IMG/VR virus record: IMGVR_UViG_3300035070_003276
Location: 24,994-88,993 of that record
From: a virus
Lineage: Duplodnaviria; Caudoviricetes
Strand: one strand, 5' to 3'
DNA length: 64,000 nt
Of this stretch, positions 54,208-64,000 are shown piece by piece. The notes beneath the pieces were generated by a model. That model was given only the letters and a program-made list of their open reading frames with translations, ran no database searches and had not been told where the DNA came from. The position numbers and the translations under genes were made by a program. The stretch's first letter is position 1. Each line of letters starts with the position of its first letter.

Positions 54208-55980
54208 ATGGCAGAAGAACAAAATAGTTCATTTTTTCAAAAGTTAACAAAACTTTTTTCTACCCAAGCCGTAGTCGTTGTTGACAAGGATGGTAAGAGG
54301 ACAGTTAAGGATACCGATGATAGACAGCAAGGTAGTACTAACTTAATGAATTTAAGGGATAGGTACACAAAACTACAACGTTCGTTCTATGGTGACCAGA
54401 TGGCAGCTCAATCAATGGCATATCATCAAGTCCGTAGAGAATTATTTAGAGATTATGATGCAATGGATAATGACCCTATTATCTCATCGGCATTGGATAT
54501 ATACGCAGATGAATCAACATTGAAAAATGAATTCGGTGATGTCATTCAAATAAAAACTCAGAATGAAAAAGTAAAAGAATTATTAGAAAATCTTTTCTAT
54601 GATATTCTTAATGTAGAATTTAATCTATGGGCTTGGACTCGTAATATGGTAAAGTATGGTGATTTCTTTCTTTCTATGGAAATCGCTCCAGGTAAAGGGA
54701 TTATAAACGTACAACCACTTCCAGTTTACGAAACTGAAAGAATGGAGAATACCGACCCAACAAATCCAAACTATGTAAAGTTCAAAGTAAATCACGACCC
54801 AAATGGTAAAGGTGAATATGAGAACTTTGAGATAGTACATTTCCGTTTATTATCAGATACCAACTTCTTACCTTATGGTAAGGCAATGATTGAGAATGGT
54901 AGACGAATTTGGAAGCAAGTTTCTTTAATGGAAGATGCAATGTTAATCCATAGGATTATGAGAGCACCTGATAAGAGAGTTTTCAAAATCGATATTGGTA
55001 ACATTCCACCAACTGAAGTTGATAACTATATGCAAAAGATTATCAACAAAATGAAGAAAACTCCATTCATTGATAAAAACACTGGTGATTATAATTTAAA
55101 GTACAACATCCAAAACTTAACCGAAGATTTCTTCTTACCTGTTAGGGGTGGTGATAGTGGTACTGAAATAGATACATTAGGTGGTTTAACTTATACTGCT
55201 ATTGAGGATATTGATTACTTAAAGAATAAGTTATTTGCAGCTCTAAAGATTCCAAAAGCATATTTAGGATACGATGAGAATGTAAATGGTAAAGCAACTC
55301 TTGCTGCAGAAGATGTGAGATTCGCTAGAACAATCGAAAGAATTCAAAGAACATTAGTATCGGAACTTACAAAACTTGCAGTTGTACATTTGGCAGCACA
55401 GGGTATTGAAGGAACTGAAATGGTTGACTTCGAATTGAATTTGGTAAACCCATCTACAATCTATGAGCAAGAAAAGGTAAACCTTTGGAGTGAAAAAGTA
55501 AGATTAGTTTCTGATATTACTCAATTGAATATGATTTCAAAAGAGTGGGCATATGAGAACATCTTTAATATGAGTAAGGATGAAATAGATTATCAAAAAA
55601 CTCAAATGGTTAATGACCTTAAAGATAGATTCAGATATCGTTCTATTGAAGATGAAGGTAATGACCCAGCAATGGAATCAGAACCAACTGATGTTGAGAA
55701 TGAATTAGAAGAACTAAAGAATGAATTAAAAGATAAAGGTGGTAGACCTAAAGAGGGAAATACCTATGGTAAAGATAAACATCCATATGGTAGAGACCCA
55801 TTGGGAGCCAAAGAAAACCAAAAAGCTTTGAAGAAAACTGAAGCTAAGGTTAGTAGAAAAGCTAGCAAATTTGCAAAAGAATATGTTAATGGTATATCTC
55901 CTAAGAAGAAGGTAATTACTGAAAAAACTGATTTTTTAAGTGATAGCAATTTGTTAGATGAAGAAAATTTTAATAAATAA
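54208..55980 (+). CDS. gp20: portal protein (T4 gp20-like)
   Basis: MEDAMLIHRIMRAPDKRVFKIDIGN, EDFFLPVRGG and YLKNKLFAALKIP motifs. Confidence 0.95.
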   Translation: MAEEQNSSFFQKLTKLFSTQAVVVVDKDGKRTVKDTDDRQQGSTNLMNLRDRYTKLQRSFYGDQMAAQSMAYHQVRRELFRDYDAMDNDPIISSALDIYADESTLKNEFGDVIQIKTQNEKVKELLENLFYDILNVEFNLWAWTRNMVKYGDFFLSMEIAPGKGIINVQPLPVYETERMENTDPTNPNYVKFKVNHDPNGKGEYENFEIVHFRLLSDTNFLPYGKAMIENGRRIWKQVSLMEDAMLIHRIMRAPDKRVFKIDIGNIPPTEVDNYMQKIINKMKKTPFIDKNTGDYNLKYNIQNLTEDFFLPVRGGDSGTEIDTLGGLTYTAIEDIDYLKNKLFAALKIPKAYLGYDENVNGKATLAAEDVRFARTIERIQRTLVSELTKLAVVHLAAQGIEGTEMVDFELNLVNPSTIYEQEKVNLWSEKVRLVSDITQLNMISKEWAYENIFNMSKDEIDYQKTQMVNDLKDRFRYRSIEDEGNDPAMESEPTDVENELEELKNELKDKGGRPKEGNTYGKDKHPYGRDPLGAKENQKALKKTEAKVSRKASKFAKEYVNGISPKKKVITEKTDFLSDSNLLDEENFNK

Positions 55981-55990
55981 AATAAAACTT

Positions 55991-55998
55991 ATATTTAT
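55991..55998 (+). promoter_or_regulatory. putative late promoter
   Basis: ATATTTAT upstream of ATG 56050. Confidence 0.55.
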
Positions 55999-56049
55999 AT
56001 ACGGAAAACTTGCGTATAAGGAATATATTATTATAGGGTAAACAACGTA

Positions 56050-56925
56050 ATGAAGAGAGTAAAACATTCAAAATTTAAGAATACTGGTATTCTTTTTGAA
56101 CTTTTAGTGAGGCAAATCACTTTAGAGGTTCTTAATGGTGATAATACTGAAACGGCTAAAGCTATAGTAAGTGAGTTTTTCTCAGCTAAAACTGAGCTAA
56201 ACAAAGAATTGAGATTATACGATTTATTGTTAAAAGAAAAGTATAATTCTGAATCTAGAGCTGAAAAGTTTATTGATACAATCAATGAAGCTCACAACAG
56301 AATCAATCAAAAGAATCTGCAAAAAGAAAAATATAATCTTATTAAAAAGATTAATGAATCATTCAATATGGATGAGTTCTTATCTTCACCTATATCAAAC
56401 TATAAGGTATTAGCTTCAATATATAAAGTATTTGAATCTAAGAACTATGAAAACTATGATGTAAAGGATGTGTTTAATTCAAAAATTACCCTAATTGAAA
56501 ACATCACATCAAAACCAAGTAAATTGGTTGAATCTGGTGATTCTGATAAAATAGTTGAAAACTATAAAAAGCAAGATAAAGACTTACGTTTACTTACTTA
56601 TAAAATCTTAGTAGAAACTTTCAATAAGAAATATTCTAACTTAGATACAAATCAGAAAAATTTATTAAAGGAATACATTAATAACTTATCTAACACAACT
56701 GGATTCAAATCGTTCATTGAAAAGGAAATTCCTAAAATCATTACTGAGATGAAATCTTTGGGTAAATCTATAAACGATAAAGTAACCAAAATTAAATTAG
56801 CTGAAACTGTATCAGTTTTATCTAAAACCAAAATTGGTAAAGTAGTTTCCGATAATCACGTTTCATCATTAATGATTTCATATGAATTAATTAAAGAGTT
56901 GAAAAGTAAAGTTGATGGAAAGTAA
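56050..56925 (+). CDS. head-region hypothetical protein (helical, possible prohead core component)
   Basis: KHSKFKNTGILFELLVRQI N-terminus; lies between the portal and protease genes. Confidence 0.75.
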   Translation: MKRVKHSKFKNTGILFELLVRQITLEVLNGDNTETAKAIVSEFFSAKTELNKELRLYDLLLKEKYNSESRAEKFIDTINEAHNRINQKNLQKEKYNLIKKINESFNMDEFLSSPISNYKVLASIYKVFESKNYENYDVKDVFNSKITLIENITSKPSKLVESGDSDKIVENYKKQDKDLRLLTYKILVETFNKKYSNLDTNQKNLLKEYINNLSNTTGFKSFIEKEIPKIITEMKSLGKSINDKVTKIKLAETVSVLSKTKIGKVVSDNHVSSLMISYELIKELKSKVDGK

Positions 56926-57364
56926 TTTAAAAAAATATATTGAAGAACTAATTGCTGAGATTGAAAATGATGAATTGGATATCGAAGAAGCAACCACTTC
57001 AGGTGATATAGCTGGGTATAATACCCCAAATGCATTCAAAAGTACTGATGGTAAAGATGAAGATGCTGAGCCTGATGATTCTCATACAAAAAAAATCAAT
57101 AAATCAACTGGATACAAAAAGGTTAACGAAAACCGTTGGCATGAGTTAAGAAAAGATGAATCCTCACCGAAAGCAAAAATTGGTAGAGGAATTTCTAATG
57201 TTAACAAACAACTTGCCGAAATTGAGAAATTCGTAGGATGGTATGGTAAAATCAAAAAAGAGGGAGGATTAGAATCTGACCAATATTGGAAACGTACCCA
57301 AAAGAACCTATCTAAAATCAGAGAAAGATTAAATAGTGTAGCAACTAAAATACAAAACTTTTAA
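56912..57364 (+). CDS. head-region hypothetical protein
   Basis: EEATTSGDIAGYNTPNAF motif; acidic N-terminal half and basic C-terminal half. Confidence 0.75.
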   Translation: MMESNLKKYIEELIAEIENDELDIEEATTSGDIAGYNTPNAFKSTDGKDEDAEPDDSHTKKINKSTGYKKVNENRWHELRKDESSPKAKIGRGISNVNKQLAEIEKFVGWYGKIKKEGGLESDQYWKRTQKNLSKIRERLNSVATKIQNF

Positions 57365-57379
57365 TAGCAAATTATAACT

Positions 57380-58372
57380 ATGAAAATTACCAAAGAACAA
57401 ATTAAGGAAACTTTAAAATTAGTTATGAAGGAAGAAGCTGATTATAAAGTTTTTTTCAAAAAAGCATTAGAAAAAGCTGGTAAATCAATTCCATCTATGA
57501 GTGATGATGAAAAGAAGGCATTCTTCAATAAGATAGATGCTGCTTGGGATGCGAAGGGAGAGCAAAACGAAGGAAACGCCTTTGGTGCTGCGGTAGTTGC
57601 TGCTAAAAAAGCTGGTAAAGATGAGTTCGAAGTTGGTGGTGAAAAATTCAAAGTAGAAGAATCGCACTCAGATTGTAATTGTGGATGTGGTGGTTGTTCA
57701 ACTAACCTTACCGAAGGTAAGCATGATGTAATGTTAGATAAACTTGCCGATATGGTAAAGGATGCTAAATCATTTATGGATATTGGTAGGGAGCTAAAGA
57801 AGAATGGTATCAAATATTCATTCTCTACAAGTATGTTACCAATGTATCTAATTGATAAACCTACTAAGATTGCAATATTAAATAAAAAATATGCAGATGG
57901 GGCTGAGAGAATTGTTGGTAGTACGGCAATCGGTTTAATGGAATCCGTTGTTAACGAAGCTAGTAAAGAAGCAATAGGAATTGCTGCACTAACTGGAACA
58001 AGAGGTTCTGCTGTTGATGATTTTATCAATAAACATGAGTTGGATGGTAAAAAATTATTTAATAGTATTAAGAAAGCAAATTTAAGAGGTAGGTTAAACT
58101 TCGTATCAGCATTAGCTGGTAAGGATGGTAATCCAAATCAAAAACTTACAATCAAACTACATAAACAAAAATTTAACGAAGAGTTATCTAAGGAATTAGC
58201 ATTTGAGGTAATTACCTTTATGGAAAGACCCGTTATGGAAAGTATAATAGTAGATGAGTTTGAGGTAAGTGATGTAGTTGAAATGTTAGTTAATGAAGGT
58301 ATTGAAGATGTATTAACTGAAGATGTAAAAGCTGAGTTTAATACTTTAGTAGAAGCTTACACTAAAAAATAA
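57380..58372 (+). CDS. head-region modular hypothetical protein
   Basis: short modules separated by xNE/LTE/LxE motifs. Confidence 0.75.
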   Translation: MKITKEQIKETLKLVMKEEADYKVFFKKALEKAGKSIPSMSDDEKKAFFNKIDAAWDAKGEQNEGNAFGAAVVAAKKAGKDEFEVGGEKFKVEESHSDCNCGCGGCSTNLTEGKHDVMLDKLADMVKDAKSFMDIGRELKKNGIKYSFSTSMLPMYLIDKPTKIAILNKKYADGAERIVGSTAIGLMESVVNEASKEAIGIAALTGTRGSAVDDFINKHELDGKKLFNSIKKANLRGRLNFVSALAGKDGNPNQKLTIKLHKQKFNEELSKELAFEVITFMERPVMESIIVDEFEVSDVVEMLVNEGIEDVLTEDVKAEFNTLVEAYTKK

Positions 58373-58381
58373 ACGAACGAT

Positions 58382-58969
58382 ATGAAAAATTTAATTATAG
58401 AAACTAATTTGTTTAAAGGTAGCGTTAATGAAGATGCTTCTGGTAGAACATTAGTTAAGGGGGTTCTTCAACGTTCTGGTGCAGAAAACCAAAATGGAAG
58501 AGTGTATCCAAAAAACATATTAGAGAGAGAAGTAAATAACTACCAAACTCTTATTAAAGAAAGAAGAGCATTGGGTGAATTAGACCATCCTGATTCATCT
58601 GTAATTAACCTAAAGAATGTTTCTCATAACATAAGAGAAATTCATTGGGAAGGTGATGATGTAGTAGGTACAGTTGAAATACTACCAACTCCATCTGGTA
58701 ACATCTTAAAAGAATTACTTAGAGCTGGTATCCTATTGGGTATCTCATCAAGAGGTATGGGTTCGGTTACTAATATTGGAGAAGGTAAAGTAAAGGTAGA
58801 GCCTGATTTCGAACTAATAGGTTGGGACTTTGTATCCAATCCATCTACACATGGTGCATTTATGACACCCATGAATGAATCAGTAGTAAAAAGTATTGGT
58901 ACTGATGTTTGTGGAGATTTTTGTAAAGCAGAAAATTTAATGAGAGAAATTATAACGGAATTATCATAA
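58382..58969 (+). CDS. gp21: prohead core protease (T4 gp21-like)
   Basis: NQNGRVYP, ALGELDHP, GISSRGMGSV and WDFVSNPSTHGA motifs. Confidence 0.93.
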   Translation: MKNLIIETNLFKGSVNEDASGRTLVKGVLQRSGAENQNGRVYPKNILEREVNNYQTLIKERRALGELDHPDSSVINLKNVSHNIREIHWEGDDVVGTVEILPTPSGNILKELLRAGILLGISSRGMGSVTNIGEGKVKVEPDFELIGWDFVSNPSTHGAFMTPMNESVVKSIGTDVCGDFCKAENLMREIITELS

Positions 58970-59514
58970 TGAAAAAAGGATTTGACATATACAAATACGT
59001 AACTGAGAATAAAATTGAATTTAAAGTAGATTCTAAACAAGGTACAAGCGTAAGTAAAGGATACAATGATATCCGTAAAACTAACATTAACGAAGTAAAG
59101 GTTGTTAATGGTAAATTCAGTTTATCTGAATCACTTGAAGCTAATAAACCACTATCTAATGAAGTTAAAAAGCACTTTTTAGAAGTTATCTCAACTTATA
59201 AAAGTTTTGATGAACAAATGAAGAGAAAATCTGATATCGTAAAGGTAGCAGAAACTTTAGGTGGAATCGTAGAAGCTTCTAAAGCATTACTATTAGGAGA
59301 ATCTGATGATTGGTTCGATAAGGTAACGATTAAACGTAACCTAAGTGAATTAGAGAAGATGGATAAATCATTTGAAAAGATTGCTTCTGAAGCAAGACAA
59401 ATGGATGAAAGATTACATGCGTTATATGAGGATATGGGAAATATTCTAAATAGATATTATGAAATGGCTGATTTAGATATTGAGGAGGCTAATAGAAGAT
59501 TAGGAAAAAAATAA
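58969..59514 (+). CDS. head-region hypothetical protein
   Basis: 181-aa helical ORF with a TAATG overlap. Confidence 0.75.
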   Translation: MKKGFDIYKYVTENKIEFKVDSKQGTSVSKGYNDIRKTNINEVKVVNGKFSLSESLEANKPLSNEVKKHFLEVISTYKSFDEQMKRKSDIVKVAETLGGIVEASKALLLGESDDWFDKVTIKRNLSELEKMDKSFEKIASEARQMDERLHALYEDMGNILNRYYEMADLDIEEANRRLGKK

Positions 59515-59526
59515 TATATTACTACT

Positions 59527-60702
<1,176 letters not shown>

Positions 60703-60715
60703 AAGTAAAAGAATT

Positions 60716-61123
60716 ATGCCTGCACAATCACAACAACAACAAAAACTATTTGGATTAGCCTTAGCATATAAACGAGGTGAAGTTCCAGCATCTGAGGTTT
60801 CTGATGAAATTAAAGATATTGCTGATAGAATGAGTGAAAAGGATATTGAGGATTTTGCATCAACTAAACATAAAGGATTACCAAAGATGAAAGAACAACT
60901 TAGAAAAATTGTAAGAGAGATAATGAGAGAACAATCTATCTCTGAAATAAACGAAGGTACACTTAACGAATCTCCTTCATCTGAAGAATTGAGAATCGTA
61001 ATGATGGCAGTTAGAAAGATTGCTAAATATCGTAACGTACCAATCGACCAATCAATTAATGATGTATTAAATGCAGCAGAACAATTGGAAAGGGATATTA
61101 AAAAGGGAAAAATTAAAAAATAA
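60716..61123 (+). CDS. DUF3008-like small protein
   Basis: MPAQSQQQQKLFGLALAYKRGE...MSEKDIEDFASTKHKGLP. Confidence 0.65.
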   Translation: MPAQSQQQQKLFGLALAYKRGEVPASEVSDEIKDIADRMSEKDIEDFASTKHKGLPKMKEQLRKIVREIMREQSISEINEGTLNESPSSEELRIVMMAVRKIAKYRNVPIDQSINDVLNAAEQLERDIKKGKIKK

Positions 61124-61126
61124 AAG

Positions 61127-61152
61127 AAAAGGTGGTTTATCCACCTTTTTTT
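61127..61152 (+). terminator. Rho-independent terminator
   Basis: AAAAGGTGG-TTTAT-CCACCTTTT followed by a T tract. Confidence 0.85.
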
Positions 61153-61214
61153 ATGCTATTTTTATAAAAACTAAAGAAAATATAGTATTTTTTTATGGTT
61201 TTCTAAACTTCATT

Positions 61215-61222
61215 ATATTTAT
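61215..61222 (+). promoter_or_regulatory. putative late promoter for the scaffold-capsid operon
   Basis: ATATTTAT, 142 nt upstream of ATG 61365. Confidence 0.5.
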
Positions 61223-61364
61223 CATTGTTAATAACCCATCTTTATGGGTTTATTGGTTTATGAATACTAACTTTTAATGTTTAGTGACCGAACGACCAAT
61301 TTACAACTATTCTACATTGGGGTTCCCAAATAACTTCAGAAATTTATTAAAAAAGGTAAAGTAA

Positions 61365-62462
61365 ATGGCAAATTCAAGATTGTTAAAAGAAGCAATTGCT
61401 GATGCCAAAGCTGTAAGAGAAACCGCTATCGCTAACGCTAAAATCGCATTAGAGGAAGCCTTCACTCCACGTTTACAATCTATCCTATCAAAGAAGCTAA
61501 CTGCTGAAATGGAAGGTGAAGAGGAAGAAACTATGGAAGAGGGAGACCACTCAAATGAGGAAGAAGTTGAAGAAGAGGTAGCTGTTGAAGAAACAGTTGA
61601 GGTAACAACAGAAGCTGAAGAAGTTGAATCTGATGAGGATTCAATTGAAGAAGGTGAAGAAGGTGAAGAAATCGAAGAAAACGAAGAAGCAGAATCTATG
61701 GAAGAAGAAGCTGATGAAGAAGTTGAAGAAACTTATTCTGAAGGTGATGAAGAAATGGAAGATGATGATGAGTTAGATTTGGAATCTATCATTAGAGAAT
61801 TGGAAATGGGTATGGATGAAGAAGATGAAATCGAAGATGAAATCGAAGATTCTGAAGAAGAAGTAGCTATGGAAGAAGAATTGGACTCTGAAGAGGAAGA
61901 GGACGTAGCAGATATCGCATCTGATGAAATCGAAGACCACGAAGCAGAAATGCATGGTGAGGAAGAAGTTTCTGAAGAAGAAGATATGGATGATGAAATC
62001 GACTTAGAAGAAATCCTAAGAGAAATGGGATACGGAGATGATGAAGAAGAAGTAAACGAAGAAGAAGAAGTTGAAGATAAAACTGCTGAATTAGAAGCAG
62101 ATTTAGAAGAAGCTTTGAAAACTGTTAAATCACTTCAATCTACAATCAACGAAGTAAACTTGTTAAATGCAAAGTTATTATACGCTAATAGATTGTTCAG
62201 AGGTTACAACTTAACTAACGAACAAAAAACTAAAGTTGTAGAAAACTTAGACAGAACTAGTTCTGTTAGAGAAGTAAAATTGGTTTACGCAACGTTGGCT
62301 GAATCGATGAATTTCACAGGTACTGAAAAGAAAACTAAAAGAGTTGTTGCAGAAGCTGCCGCATCTAAACCAGTTTCTTCAACTGCACCTAAGAAAGATA
62401 TCATTTCGGAAAACACAAATATGATGGCTGAGAGATTTAAACAATTGGCTAACATTAAGTAA
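61365..62462 (+). CDS. prohead scaffolding protein (T4 gp22-like)
   Basis: very Glu-rich centre; LLKEAIADAKAVRETA and LNAKLLYANRLF conserved ends; lies between the protease and capsid genes. Confidence 0.85.
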   Translation: MANSRLLKEAIADAKAVRETAIANAKIALEEAFTPRLQSILSKKLTAEMEGEEEETMEEGDHSNEEEVEEEVAVEETVEVTTEAEEVESDEDSIEEGEEGEEIEENEEAESMEEEADEEVEETYSEGDEEMEDDDELDLESIIRELEMGMDEEDEIEDEIEDSEEEVAMEEELDSEEEEDVADIASDEIEDHEAEMHGEEEVSEEEDMDDEIDLEEILREMGYGDDEEEVNEEEEVEDKTAELEADLEEALKTVKSLQSTINEVNLLNAKLLYANRLFRGYNLTNEQKTKVVENLDRTSSVREVKLVYATLAESMNFTGTEKKTKRVVAEAAASKPVSSTAPKKDIISENTNMMAERFKQLANIK

Positions 62463-62501
62463 TTATTATTAACAAACAAACATTAAAAAAAGAAAAATAA
62501 A

Positions 62502-64000
62502 ATGGCAAATTTTGATTTATCTAAGTTAATGGAAGGAAAGAATCCACAACAAGTGATGTTGTCTGAAACAAGACAATTGAAAAGTAAGTGGGATGCAACT
62601 GGACTTCTTGAAGGCTTAAACGCAAAAGAGCAAGGCGCAATGGCGGTTATGCTCGAAAACCAAGCAAAACAATTGCTTGATGAGGCAACTCAAACAGGTA
62701 CTGCAGCTAGCTCGGAAGAGTGGAGTGGTGTAGCTTTACCTTTAGTAAGAAGAATCTTTGGTGAGATTGCTTCTAAAGAATTCGTTAGTGTACAACCTAT
62801 GAACTTACCTTCAGGTCTTGTATTCTATCTAGATTTTAAATATGGTACTGCTCAAGGTGGTAACCCTGCATTCTCTGGTCAATCACTTTTCGGTGGTACT
62901 GGTGCTGATGTAGGTTCTACTGATTCAGCTGTAAATGGTTTATATGGTGAAGGAAGATTCGGATATACTGCAAATGATGTAACTGCATCTACTGCTGTTG
63001 CTTCAGTAACATTTACTTCAGCTTCTTGGGCTGATGTAGGTTTTGACGCTTCTTTATCGGCTTCTATCTCTGATGGTGAAGTTGTAAAAGCAACTTTCGC
63101 TAAACCAGCAACTGCTGATGTAGATGGTGTACGTTCGTTCAATATCGCTAACGCTGAGATTGCAACTAACTTAAACCAATTCCATAGTGTATCTGGTAAC
63201 AACTTAGTAATGATGGTATCTGCTTCTGCTGGTTTAGAAACTGCTAAAGCTGGTAACGTTGAATTAACTTACTCAGTAGTTCCAACTGATTACGCTAGAG
63301 GTGATTTCGAAGATGGTAAAAACGCTGGACAGATTGCAGGTAATGCTGGTGCTGTTGGTACATCAATCGATATTCCTGAAGTTGATTTAGAATTGAAGTC
63401 TGAAGCAATTGTTGCTAAGACAAGAAAACTAAAGGCTGTATGGACTCCTGAATTGGCGCAAGACCTTAACGCTTACCACAGTATTGATGCTGAGGCTGAA
63501 TTAACTTCTATGTTATCTGATTACATCTCTTTGGAGATTGACTTGGAAATCTTAGATATGTTAAAGTCTAATGCATTAACTACTGAGTACTGGTCAGCAA
63601 CTATCGGTGAAGAGTACAATTCTTCAACTGGTGTATGGTCTGGTGGTAATTCAGCTGTAGCATACCAAAAGAACACTTGGTTCCAAACTTTAGGTACTAA
63701 ATTGAACAAAGTATCTAATAAGATTCACCAATTGACTTTAAGAGGTGGAGCTAACTTCGTAGTTGCTTCTCCTGATGTATGTACTATCTTGGAATCAATC
63801 CCTGGATTTACTGTATCTGCTGATAAAGATGCTTCATCTTTCGCTGCTGGTGTAACAACAGTAGGTGCTATCGCTAATAGATACACTGTGTACAAAAACC
63901 CTTACATGACTTCAAATGAAATCTTGTTAGGATTTAGAGGTTCAAACTTCCTAGAAACAGGAGCAGTTTACGCACCTTATGTACCATTAATTATGACTCC
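62502..64000 (+). CDS. gp23: major capsid protein (T4 gp23-like), 3'-truncated by the window end
   Basis: hand-translated MANFDLSKLMEGKNP...KWDATGLLEGL...VQPMNLPSGLVFYLDFKYG...IVAKTRKLKAVWTPELAQDLNAYH...GAVYAPYVPL; not in the ORF track. Confidence 0.95.
   Translation, partial: MANFDLSKLMEGKNPQQVMLSETRQLKSKWDATGLLEGLNAKEQGAMAVMLENQAKQLLDEATQTGTAASSEEWSGVALPLVRRIFGEIASKEFVSVQPMNLPSGLVFYLDFKYGTAQGGNPAFSGQSLFGGTGADVGSTDSAVNGLYGEGRFGYTANDVTASTAVASVTFTSASWADVGFDASLSASISDGEVVKATFAKPATADVDGVRSFNIANAEIATNLNQFHSVSGNNLVMMVSASAGLETAKAGNVELTYSVVPTDYARGDFEDGKNAGQIAGNAGAVGTSIDIPEVDLELKSEAIVAKTRKLKAVWTPELAQDLNAYHSIDAEAELTSMLSDYISLEIDLEILDMLKSNALTTEYWSATIGEEYNSSTGVWSGGNSAVAYQKNTWFQTLGTKLNKVSNKIHQLTLRGGANFVVASPDVCTILESIPGFTVSADKDASSFAAGVTTVGAIANRYTVYKNPYMTSNEILLGFRGSNFLETGAVYAPYVPLIMT

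Noticed and set aside
57442-58029. Long minus-strand ORFs (for example 57442-58029, 27026-27460, 47432-47779, 58642-59040, 62879-63202)
   Set aside because: They lie fully antisense to well-supported genes, have Ser/Leu/Phe-rich mirror composition and show no recognisable motifs
61365-62462. GAA-rich tract as a repeat element
   Set aside because: It is explained by the Glu-rich composition normal for prohead scaffolding proteins

Overview
The window is a dense, AT-rich, almost entirely plus-strand segment of a large T4-like tailed phage genome, read in the standard genetic code. It holds a late sigma-like factor, baseplate and tail genes, a 3354-aa tail fibre, TerL, portal, prohead protease, scaffold and a major capsid gene that runs off the 3' end. 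The host is very probably a Bacteroidota bacterium. This rests on five TTTG-N20-TAnnTTTG-like promoters, A-rich starts mostly without Shine-Dalgarno motifs, signal peptides followed by Gln, and a type IX secretion (T9SS) C-terminal sorting domain. Accessory blocks interrupt the virion genes. (1) A six-gene envelope/surface module at 1831-7927 (T9SS cargo with cohesin- and dockerin-like domains, a CsgG-like lipoprotein, a beta-barrel with a Gly/Ser tether). (2) A GIY-YIG / primase / SbcD-SbcC fusion / nucleotide-sugar dehydrogenase block. (3) A protein-glycosylation cassette at 42106-46541 with an AAH/TibC-type O-heptosyltransferase and both HldE domains, directly behind the tail fibre. (4) Nucleotidyltransferase- and ligase-like proteins that look like head-packaged cargo punctuated by prohead-protease-type sites. 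The tail fibre carries a Hint domain that cannot splice canonically plus an S74 chaperone. A 56-aa ribbon-helix-helix gene missed by the ORF track is the only credible minus-strand gene. About 15 intergenic ATA(T/C)TTAT motifs look like the late promoter. No tRNA, rRNA or CRISPR array was seen. All family calls come from motif recognition by eye, without database searches.
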